Below are positions 1 through 6,006 of a stretch of 8,639 bases of DNA, in pieces. Positions within the stretch are counted from its first letter, which is position 1, and each line of letters opens with the position of its first letter. The notes under the pieces are model-generated. The model was given only the letters and a program-made list of their open reading frames with translations, ran no database searches and was not told where the DNA came from. Position numbers and translations under genes: made by a program. The DNA is from Candidatus Iainarchaeum sp. (GTDB lineage Archaea > Iainarchaeota > Iainarchaeia > Iainarchaeales > CSSED10-239), in the NCBI GenBank assembly GCA_028693335.1, contig JAQUVR010000022.1, forward strand, positions 1 through 8,639, written 5' to 3'.

Positions 1-1
1 T

Positions 2-481
2 GATAATTATGTAAATTTAGGTAATAATTCTGTATTTAATATAACAGATCAAGTAACATTATCTATTTGGATGAAAATGGATGGATATACAGATTATGAT
101 ACCTTCTTTTGGAAGACAAATTCAGGGATATTAGGAGACTTAGGTAATTATGGTTTAAGTATGACTAATTCTCAAAAAGGGCGTTTTGTTATTGGTAGTG
201 TATACGCTATTTCTACTTTGGCTTTTCCAATAAATACCTGGATACACATGGTTGGAACATATGATGGTAATTATCTACGATTATATAAAAATTCTGATAT
301 CGCAACTAATCCCGTTGCTAACACTGAAAATATAAAAATAAGTGTTCAAAGTTTAACTTTGGGAATAAGAAAGTACAATTCTACTTTTGGTTATCCTTCA
401 AATGCAATAATAAGAGATGTTCAAATATATAATAAGGCATTAAGTCCAAAAGAAGTTAGATTGCTTTATACTATGAGATAA
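2..481 (+). CDS. 5'-truncated protein (open to the window edge) with a C-terminal LamG / concanavalin-A-like lectin domain (Laminin_G_3 type)
   Basis: Frame 2 is open from nt 2, upstream of the track's ATG at 71 ('DNYVNLGNNSVFNITDQVTLSIWMKMD...'). It carries classic Laminin_G_3 signatures: 'TLSIWMK', 'NTWIHMVGTYDGNYLRLYKN', 'LTLGIRK' and the terminal 'IRDVQIYNKALSPKEVRLLY'. Stop codon is TAA at 479-481. Confidence 0.85.
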   Translation, partial: DNYVNLGNNSVFNITDQVTLSIWMKMDGYTDYDTFFWKTNSGILGDLGNYGLSMTNSQKGRFVIGSVYAISTLAFPINTWIHMVGTYDGNYLRLYKNSDIATNPVANTENIKISVQSLTLGIRKYNSTFGYPSNAIIRDVQIYNKALSPKEVRLLYTMR

Positions 482-688
482 TTTTACACTAATTATTGGA
501 CAAATAATTTTTGCTATTTTGTTGAAAAACAAAATTTAAAACTAAAAACCCTTAAAATTCACTTTTTTTGTCTGTAACTCCTTTTAAAACCTATCACAAA
601 TAGATTTAAATATTGTATGTATTAACAATATCTTTATATTTCCTTTAATATTAAAAAATTGGGGAAGGAAAAAGTTGTCTTTGATAAA

Positions 689-696
689 GGGGTGAT
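689..696 (+). promoter_or_regulatory. Shine-Dalgarno-like site (GGGGTGAT) 5 nt upstream of the ATG at 702
   Basis: GGGGTGAT is complementary to the archaeal 16S rRNA 3' end (...GAUCACCUCC). GGTGAT occurs only about three times in the window, and two of those sit just upstream of intergenic ATGs. Confidence 0.45.
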
Positions 697-701
697 ACAC
701 C

Positions 702-749
702 ATGGCAGCAGCAAAAAAGAAAAAAGCAGCACCAGCAAAAAAGAAATAA
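702..749 (+). CDS. Candidate 15-aa Lys/Ala-rich micro-protein (MAAAKKKKAAPAKKK)
   Basis: ATG at 702 and TAA at 747-749. A strong SD lies upstream, the ORF is a local GC-rich island in AT-rich intergenic DNA, and multiple T-tracts follow directly. It is too short for the ORF track, and the peptide is low complexity. Confidence 0.3.
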   Translation: MAAAKKKKAAPAKKK

Positions 750-750
750 G

Positions 751-800
751 TTTCTTTAATTATTTTTTTTATTTTAATTATTTTTTCCTTTTTTTTAATT
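751..800 (+). terminator. Cluster of oligo-T tracts (archaeal-type intrinsic termination signals)
   Basis: Runs of T8, T6 and T8 lie within 50 nt of the micro-ORF stop. The 13-nt motif 'ttaattatttttt' appears twice (757-769 and 775-787). The region is very AT-rich, so specificity is limited. Confidence 0.35.
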
Positions 801-905
801 TTTAATACTTTTTCTTTACTAAAAATATATCTGGTTTTAAATGTTTGCTAGTATTATATACTTATTAATAGTTTAATAATATTTTAGTCTTTTTATAAAA
901 AAGAC

Positions 906-911
906 GGTGAT
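906..911 (+). promoter_or_regulatory. Shine-Dalgarno-like site (GGTGAT) 7 nt upstream of the ATG at 919
   Basis: Same anti-16S motif as at 689-696, with appropriate spacing to the start codon. Confidence 0.45.
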
Positions 912-918
912 TTGGGCT

Positions 919-1065
919 ATGATGAAATATGAAAGAAAAATGTGTAATAATTGTAAATTATCTACACTACATAGAGTAGATGATGAAACTGGAGAAAGTG
1001 TTTGTCTAAAATGTAATAATGAACCAGTAAAAGTTAAAGATTTTAGATTTAAAACAAGATATTAA
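919..1065 (+). CDS. 48-aa stand-alone zinc-ribbon protein resembling the TFB/TFIIB N-terminal Zn-ribbon
   Basis: Translation is MMKYERKMCNNCKLSTLHRVDDETGESVCLKCNNEPVKVKDFRFKTRY, a CxxC-x16-CxxC arrangement. 'D.ETGE.VC.KC' resembles the TFB ribbon (compare the Pyrococcus-type 'CPACES..LIYDPERGEIVCAKCG', quoted from memory). An SD lies upstream and T-tracts follow the TAA at 1063-1065. Not in the ORF track. Confidence 0.6.
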   Translation: MMKYERKMCNNCKLSTLHRVDDETGESVCLKCNNEPVKVKDFRFKTRY

Positions 1066-1074
1066 TTTATCTCC

Positions 1075-1087
1075 TTTTTCTTTTTTT
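1075..1087 (+). terminator. Oligo-T tracts (T5 C T7) after the zinc-ribbon ORF
   Basis: 'tttttcttttttt' begins 10 nt after the stop codon. Confidence 0.35.
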
Positions 1088-1097
1088 AATAAATAAC

Positions 1098-1106
1098 TTT
1101 TTATAA
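1098..1106 (+). promoter_or_regulatory. TATA-like box (tttttataa) centred about 26 nt upstream of the ATG at 1129
   Basis: The spacing fits an archaeal TATA-to-TSS distance and implies a leaderless or near-leaderless mRNA. No SD motif lies in between. Confidence 0.35.
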
Positions 1107-1128
1107 CTTTTTTAACACATGAATTTGT

Positions 1129-1920
1129 ATGCCAGACACTAAAAAATACAATGAAATGATTTTATTAGTTCATCCTCTATTTTCAGTAATTTATGGACCA
1201 GTTATTAATTCTGTTTTAAATACTAAACATAATGAGCTTTCTGAATATATAATAGATAAGGGTATCTATAATCAAAAACCAAGAACAGAAGAAGAAATTA
1301 TAGCATTTATACAAAACAGTAAAGCTTTGCAAACAAGATTAAAAAAATCACTAGCTGAATATGGTAGAAGATTATTAGAGTATAAAAAGAAACCAAATAC
1401 AATGGTTATTATTTTTAAAGCATATAATCCAATAACAGTAGATAAAATTAACGATCTAGAACTATCTAGATTAGGAAATGATGAAAAAAGAAAAAGGTAT
1501 GAAACTGCTGAAACTATTTTTCAAAATATTTATGATAGTTTAACTAATAGACTTATAAATTTTGCAAAAAGAGAACTTGGAGAGGAAAGAGTTATTGTTA
1601 GTGATTATTTTTTTGAAAGATCTAAAAGTCCAATAACACCAAGACTAGTATCAAAATTAGAACCAAAAATAAAATTAAGATCTTTTGGCGAATATTCAAA
1701 TCGTTGTGTAGAAGAATGGGGAGAATCTGTTTATTTAGAATTATTTAAGCGAGGTATTAGATCTGACTTTAAAGTAATTAGATCATCTTCAATTGTTTCA
1801 GAAACAGAAAAACCACATAAAGAGATTAATGATAGATTTTTGTTTGGACATGATAGACGTGTACAAAGAGAAAGAGAAAAAAAACAAAAATTAAGACTAA
1901 GAAAACATTTTGTAAAATAA
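1129..1920 (+). CDS. Hypothetical 263-aa soluble protein with a basic C-terminal tail; family not recognised
   Basis: Long ORF with protein-like composition, no TM segment, and a Lys/Arg-rich C-terminus ('RRVQREREKKQKLRLRKHFVK'). I cannot assign a family from motifs. Confidence 0.7.
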   Translation: MPDTKKYNEMILLVHPLFSVIYGPVINSVLNTKHNELSEYIIDKGIYNQKPRTEEEIIAFIQNSKALQTRLKKSLAEYGRRLLEYKKKPNTMVIIFKAYNPITVDKINDLELSRLGNDEKRKRYETAETIFQNIYDSLTNRLINFAKRELGEERVIVSDYFFERSKSPITPRLVSKLEPKIKLRSFGEYSNRCVEEWGESVYLELFKRGIRSDFKVIRSSSIVSETEKPHKEINDRFLFGHDRRVQREREKKQKLRLRKHFVK

Positions 1921-1921
1921 T

Positions 1922-2395
1922 TTAGAATAAATCTTTAAATTCTTCAATAACTTTTAACATAGTTTCTTCTTGATCTTTAAATAATAACCAGTCTTTAAAG
2001 TTATCTTTATTGAACCATTTAATATCAGATATTTCTTCTGGTTGTAATTTAAACTTATAATTTTTAGTAGTTATTTTTACAATAAATATATGTCTTTCTT
2101 GACCATCAAACCAGATCTTTGTTTCTTTAAATTTTTTTTCACTCATGTATTTTGGCCAATCATATTTGTCTATATATTTACTTTTTCCAAGAATTTCTAA
2201 AGTATTAGGATCTATACCCAGTTCTTCATTTAGTTCTCTTTTTAGGGTTGTTATTAGATCTTCATTATTTTCAACACCGCCAGCAGGAATCTTCCAATAA
2301 TCTGGTTCTGATGGATCTTCTTTTGTTGCAAGAACCATTAAAAATTCTTTATTTTCGTTTATAATAAAAGCTGATACTCCTATTCTATAATTCAT
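1922..2395 (-). CDS. Nudix hydrolase (157 aa)
   Basis: Perfect Nudix box GX5EX7REUXEEXGU in 'GGVENNEDLITTLKRELNEELGI'. Size is typical of single-domain Nudix enzymes. Confidence 0.9.
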   Translation of the reverse strand: MNYRIGVSAFIINENKEFLMVLATKEDPSEPDYWKIPAGGVENNEDLITTLKRELNEELGIDPNTLEILGKSKYIDKYDWPKYMSEKKFKETKIWFDGQERHIFIVKITTKNYKFKLQPEEISDIKWFNKDNFKDWLLFKDQEETMLKVIEEFKDLF

Positions 2396-2417
2396 ATTTT
2401 ATCTAAATGAGATAATC

Positions 2418-2430
2418 TTTTTAAATATAA
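2418..2430 (-). promoter_or_regulatory. TATA-like box about 29 nt upstream of the Nudix start codon (2395, minus strand)
   Basis: 'ttttaaatataa' in the 106-nt divergent intergenic region. Spacing is consistent with a leaderless transcript. Confidence 0.3.
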
Positions 2431-2468
2431 CAGATTTATTAAAAAATACAAAAAAACTTTCTAATAGA

Positions 2469-2480
2469 TTTTATAAATAT
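2469..2480 (+). promoter_or_regulatory. TATA-like box (ttttataaatat) about 27 nt upstream of the ATG at 2502
   Basis: Position and sequence fit an archaeal TATA. No SD lies between it and the ATG. Confidence 0.35.
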
Positions 2481-2501
2481 AAAAATATTTAAAATTTATT
2501 T

Positions 2502-4907
2502 ATGAAAGGTTTTGGAATAATTATTTTATTTATTTTTATTCTTTTAACTGGTTGTGTTTATTCTTTTGAATATAACGATGTTAGAGAAATAACCATAAAT
2601 GATTCCTTTTTTGATCTAAATATTTTCATAGATTTTGGTTATTATAAGATATCTGATTCTAATAATCAAGTAATAGATCAATATAATCTTTTTGAAAACA
2701 TTGATCTAAATCAGATTGTATTTAATATAGATTCAATAGATCATAGAGAAAAAGAATATAATTTAGTTATAGATGAAAATATTGATCTAAGAGAAAAAGA
2801 TTTTTACTTTGATCTTAACAATTTAACTATTACTGGATCTTTAAAAAAAGTTTTTGATTTAAATTTAGAGATTACTAATTTTTATAAAAAAGAAGATCTT
2901 TTATTTATAATTTCTGACACTAATCTTTTTGTTTATAGATATGAAGATAAGGAATACAGATCTATTTTTAGAATTGACACTAATCAAACAATTTACAATT
3001 TAGAATATTTATTTTATTTAGATAAGAACTATTTATTTTTAGCAAACGGATCAAATGGAGTTGGGATCTATGAAATTGATTTTAATTCTTCAGAAATTGC
3101 ACTAAATCTTGGACGGGCTGTTTTTTCATTTGATGGTTTTGATTATGATACTAGTTATATTTATTTTTTAGAGAGTGCTCACAGTGGATCTTATTTGTTT
3201 TCTTTTGTAACTAATTTAATTCAATTGCGATATGTTTTATATGATTTGAATGGATTGATAAATAATAACAATTATATCGAAAATGGTTTTATTCTTGGTG
3301 GTGCATTCTTTCCACAAACTATTTGGCACAATCAAGATCTAAACAGATTAATTATTCCTCTTAAAAATTCAACAAACACAGGAAAAATAGACTTTATAGA
3401 TGAGCCATCAGGATTAGCTATCTTTTCTAGTGGACAATTTTTAGGAATCTATAAGGACCTAGATTCCTTGTCTAATAAGGCTTTTTCTCTTAACACAGAT
3501 AAATTAAATGTCTATAACAAAGATTCAATCGGTGGACCAACATCTCCAATAAAAACATTAGATCTAAATTACTCTGCAAGATCTTTTACAATTAATAAAG
3601 ATCAAAATAGATTCTTTGTTCTTTTTGATAATAATATTCAAATTTTTGATTATAATTATGAAGATAATAATTTTTTATTATTTAAAACCATTTCAGAAAT
3701 TAACACAGATCTAAATAAAATAGTTTACAATAATAATTCTTTGATTATTACAGAAGACCAGAATTTTACAAAAATAAGTTTAGATCATAATTATTCTTTA
3801 AGTTTTTTTATCCCATTTCCAAAAATAAATGATCTTTCTATTACTCCTCAAAATATCAATTATTCTTTGTATAATTCTTTTTTAGGAGATCTGAATTTTT
3901 CTTTTATAATAGAAGACTATAATATTCTAAAAAACGACTCTAATTTTTTACCATTATCTTTTGATCTTAACCTTACAAATGAAAACAAATCTATATCTAT
4001 TCTAAATGATCAAAATATAGATAATAATATTTGTACTAATGTAGACCTTACTACTAAAAGTTGTAATGTTGTGTTTAATATTAAAACTATTAATAATATC
4101 CATAATCTTACAAACGGACAATATCAATTAAAATTAATAACAAATAACATTTATTCAACACCATTAAACTTTGATCTGACTCATTCAACTGGTGGTTCGG
4201 GTGGATCAAGTGGTTCTGGTTCAGCTCCATCAACAAGTCAACCAAAAACAGATTTTTCTCCTAACAAATATACTGAAATCTTAGACTTATTAAAATTAAA
4301 CTATTTTCAACAAAAGCAATTATTTGAAAGATATTTATTAAATTTTCCAAATCTTAATTTTGATCTTAATTTTTCTGATATCAATTTTTCTAAAAATTAT
4401 GATCTTTTGCTAGATAATTATAATAATTTACCTAAACTAAAAATAATTGACATAAATTATTCACAGAAAGATCCTTTTTTTAATAATGAAGATTATTCTT
4501 TTGTTTCTTTTAATAATAAAAAAATAACACAATTATTAGTAATTTCAGATACTAACAAAGAATATTTGTTTGTTGAAATTGATAACAATAACGATCAATT
4601 AATTCTTGATCATTTTCCTTATTTTGTTATTGCAAAAACTAGTTTTCCAATAACTAGATTTGATAATAATTTTATTTATATAGAATCTAATCTAAATTAT
4701 TTGGTTAATATAAGTTATAAAGACCAAGTTAGTTTTAATACCATAAAAATAGAAAAAATTTCTAGAAATAAAGAAATTCTAGAAAAAGAAATAATTTATA
4801 AAGAAGAAAATGAAAAAACTAATAATAATAAATTAATCTATATTGGCGCAAGTATATTTTTACTATTTTTTCTTGCTTTTAGATTTAGGGGTAGACTTTT
4901 TTACTAG
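2502..4907 (+). CDS. 801-aa Asn-rich secreted/surface protein: lipobox-type signal peptide, beta-propeller-like (LVIVD-like) repeats, Gly/Ser linker, C-terminal TM anchor
   Basis: N-terminus 'MKGFGIIILFIFILLTGC' is a signal peptide ending in an L-T-G-C lipobox. 'YLFLANGSNGVGIYEID' resembles the LVIVD propeller-repeat motif, and several strand-turn-strand blade-like segments follow. 'STGGSGGSSGSGSAPSTSQP' is a linker. The C-terminus 'LIYIGASIFLLFFLAFRFRGRLFY' is a TM helix plus basic stop-transfer. There are many NxS/T sequons. Confidence 0.85.
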   Translation: MKGFGIIILFIFILLTGCVYSFEYNDVREITINDSFFDLNIFIDFGYYKISDSNNQVIDQYNLFENIDLNQIVFNIDSIDHREKEYNLVIDENIDLREKDFYFDLNNLTITGSLKKVFDLNLEITNFYKKEDLLFIISDTNLFVYRYEDKEYRSIFRIDTNQTIYNLEYLFYLDKNYLFLANGSNGVGIYEIDFNSSEIALNLGRAVFSFDGFDYDTSYIYFLESAHSGSYLFSFVTNLIQLRYVLYDLNGLINNNNYIENGFILGGAFFPQTIWHNQDLNRLIIPLKNSTNTGKIDFIDEPSGLAIFSSGQFLGIYKDLDSLSNKAFSLNTDKLNVYNKDSIGGPTSPIKTLDLNYSARSFTINKDQNRFFVLFDNNIQIFDYNYEDNNFLLFKTISEINTDLNKIVYNNNSLIITEDQNFTKISLDHNYSLSFFIPFPKINDLSITPQNINYSLYNSFLGDLNFSFIIEDYNILKNDSNFLPLSFDLNLTNENKSISILNDQNIDNNICTNVDLTTKSCNVVFNIKTINNIHNLTNGQYQLKLITNNIYSTPLNFDLTHSTGGSGGSSGSGSAPSTSQPKTDFSPNKYTEILDLLKLNYFQQKQLFERYLLNFPNLNFDLNFSDINFSKNYDLLLDNYNNLPKLKIIDINYSQKDPFFNNEDYSFVSFNNKKITQLLVISDTNKEYLFVEIDNNNDQLILDHFPYFVIAKTSFPITRFDNNFIYIESNLNYLVNISYKDQVSFNTIKIEKISRNKEILEKEIIYKEENEKTNNNKLIYIGASIFLLFFLAFRFRGRLFY

Positions 4908-5150
4908 AACTTTTTTTTTAACCACTGGCTTTTTAATAACTTTTTTGGTTGCTGGCTTTGTTACTTTCTTTGCTACTGGTTTTTTGGTTATTACTTTCTT
5001 AGCAACTGATTTTTTAGCAACAACTTTTTTAGCAACTGGTTTTTTAGTTGTCTTTTTTTCTAATTTTTCTAGTTCAATTTCTAAATCTCTCAAGATTTCT
5101 TCTAGTTTTTTTTCTTCTTTTGTTTTGATTGTTGGTTTTTTTGTTGTCAT
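4863..5150 (-). CDS. 95-aa coiled-coil plus Lys-rich histone-H1-like repeat protein (possible nucleic-acid-binding protein)
   Basis: Taking the second Met of the track ORF gives 'MTTKKPTIKTKEEKKLEEILRDLEIELEKLEKK' followed by KKPVAKK-type repeats ('TKKPVAKKVVAKKSVAKKVITKKPVAKKVTKPATKKVIKKPVVKKK'). A TATA-like box lies about 28 nt upstream of this ATG. The opposite-strand ORF (4843..5193) is a Phe/Leu-rich mirror image of the Lys codons. Confidence 0.6.
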   Translation of the reverse strand: MTTKKPTIKTKEEKKLEEILRDLEIELEKLEKKTTKKPVAKKVVAKKSVAKKVITKKPVAKKVTKPATKKVIKKPVVKKKVLVKKSTPKSKSKKK

Positions 5151-5173
5151 AAAAATAATAAACAATAATAAGA

Positions 5174-5183
5174 TTTATATATT
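5174..5183. promoter_or_regulatory. Single near-palindromic TATA-like element (tttatatatt) shared by divergent genes
   Basis: It lies in a 53-nt intergenic spacer, with its centre about 28 nt from the minus-strand ATG (5150) and about 26 nt from the plus-strand ATG (5204). Confidence 0.35.
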
Positions 5184-5203
5184 ATTATGCTGATAGTATT
5201 TTT

Positions 5204-6004
5204 ATGTTAAACATAGTAATAATTATCTTTTTAATTTTGGGTTTTTCTGTTTTGTGGTTTTATTTGATTTTTACAACCTATAATAAATACAGAATTAGAC
5301 ATTTAATAAAAGATACTCCAACATCAAAAATAAGATCTGCAGCTATTGGTTTAGTTGAACTTAATGGAAAGGTTATTGCTGATAAATATCTAGAAACACC
5401 TTTTTCTAAACAAAATTGTGTTTATTATGAATATTTAAAACAAGTTTTTTATAGAACAGATAAATCAGCTGGCTGGAGAACACTAGCTCATGAAAAGAAA
5501 CATATAGATTATTATATTTATGATGATACTGGCAAAATAAAAGTAAAAGCTGATGAAGTAAAATATGTTGTGAGTCCAAAAATTGCAAAACTGGTTTTAG
5601 CTCCAAGATTTAGTGTAAAACAGATTTTTGAAATATTAAAAAATCCAATAATTACTCCAGAACAACAAGGTTCTATAGAAAATAAGGAAATTAAAGATAT
5701 TGAAATAAAAAATGGAAAAGTTAATGAATTTGGTTATTATTATCCCGGAGATCTAAGAATAATTGAAAGATTTTTAGAACCTGATAATCAAGTTTATGTT
5801 ATTGGAACTCTTGGTAATGAAGATAATAGTGATCAACATATAATAAAAAAAGGAAAATATGAAAAAACTTGTTTTGTTTCAGATAGTTCTGAAGAACAGA
5901 TATTAAAAAAATATAATCTTGAGTTTATTTTGTTGTTAATAGTTACAATTATTATAACTTCTTTACCATTAATATATATATTAAAATTAATTATAAGTGG
6001 TTAA
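5204..6004 (+). CDS. GIDE-domain membrane protein (MUL1/GIDE 'E3 ubiquitin ligase'-family core domain flanked by two TM helices)
   Basis: N-terminal TM 'IVIIIFLILGFSVLWFYLIF' is followed by 'TPTSKIRSAAIGLVELNGKV...ETPFSKQNCVYYEY', which matches the prokaryotic GIDE-domain signature as I remember it ('TS.IRSAAQGYVEL.G...aP.S...CV.Y'). Later motifs are 'IYDDTGKIKV' and 'VYVIGTL', then a C-terminal TM 'FILLLIVTIIITSLPLIYIL'. Confidence 0.8.
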   Translation: MLNIVIIIFLILGFSVLWFYLIFTTYNKYRIRHLIKDTPTSKIRSAAIGLVELNGKVIADKYLETPFSKQNCVYYEYLKQVFYRTDKSAGWRTLAHEKKHIDYYIYDDTGKIKVKADEVKYVVSPKIAKLVLAPRFSVKQIFEILKNPIITPEQQGSIENKEIKDIEIKNGKVNEFGYYYPGDLRIIERFLEPDNQVYVIGTLGNEDNSDQHIIKKGKYEKTCFVSDSSEEQILKKYNLEFILLLIVTIIITSLPLIYILKLIISG

Positions 6005-6006
6005 AT

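Noticed and set aside
517-534. Hairpin ttttgtt-gaaa-aacaaaa (7-bp stem, GAAA loop) 36 nt after the LamG gene stop
   Set aside because: The stem is almost all A/T, with one G:C pair, so stability is very low. Such inverted repeats are expected by chance in DNA this AT-rich, and archaeal termination does not need hairpins.
702-800. Lys-rich micro-ORF plus T-tracts as a lysine-sensing leader-peptide attenuator
   Set aside because: I saw no alternative terminator/antiterminator hairpins. The downstream gene is a zinc ribbon, not a lysine-biosynthesis gene. Ribosome-mediated attenuation of this type is not established in archaea.
887-905. Hairpin GTCTTTTT-ATA-AAAAAGAC overlapping a TATA-like string upstream of the zinc-ribbon ORF
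   Set aside because: It is short and dominated by A/T pairs, and is probably a by-product of the T-run/A-run composition. It could be an operator, but nothing in the sequence supports that.
919-986. Two 'ATGATGA' strings resembling C/C' boxes of an archaeal C/D box sRNA
   Set aside because: No CTGA D or D' boxes occur at the required spacing of about 12 nt. The strings are explained as Met-Met and Asp-Asp-Glu codons of the zinc-ribbon ORF.
1129-1920. Possible isochorismatase/nicotinamidase-like fold in the 263-aa protein ('ILLVHPLF' ... 'GEYSNRCVEEWG')
   Set aside because: The resemblance is superficial. The catalytic Asp of the 'D.Q.DF' motif is absent and I cannot place the conserved Lys. 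This would need a profile or structure search, so it is not used for annotation.
5151-5165. 'MFIIF' N-terminal extension of the Lys-rich ORF
   Set aside because: The second Met (5150) gives a hydrophilic start consistent with the rest of the protein and puts the TATA-like box at about 28 nt. The upstream Met would start almost on the TATA element. This is not decisive.
4843-5193. 116-aa plus-strand ORF (Phe/Leu/Thr-rich, 'FLATGFLV...' repeats)
   Set aside because: It is the antisense shadow of the Lys-rich minus-strand gene, because AAA/AAG Lys codons read as TTT/CTT. It starts inside the 801-aa gene in another frame. It has no promoter or SD context and a periodic hydrophobic low-complexity sequence.
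5406-5606. 66-aa minus-strand ORF
   Set aside because: It lies entirely inside the well-supported GIDE-domain CDS on the opposite strand, has no recognisable motif, and is typical of spurious antisense ORFs in AT-rich DNA.
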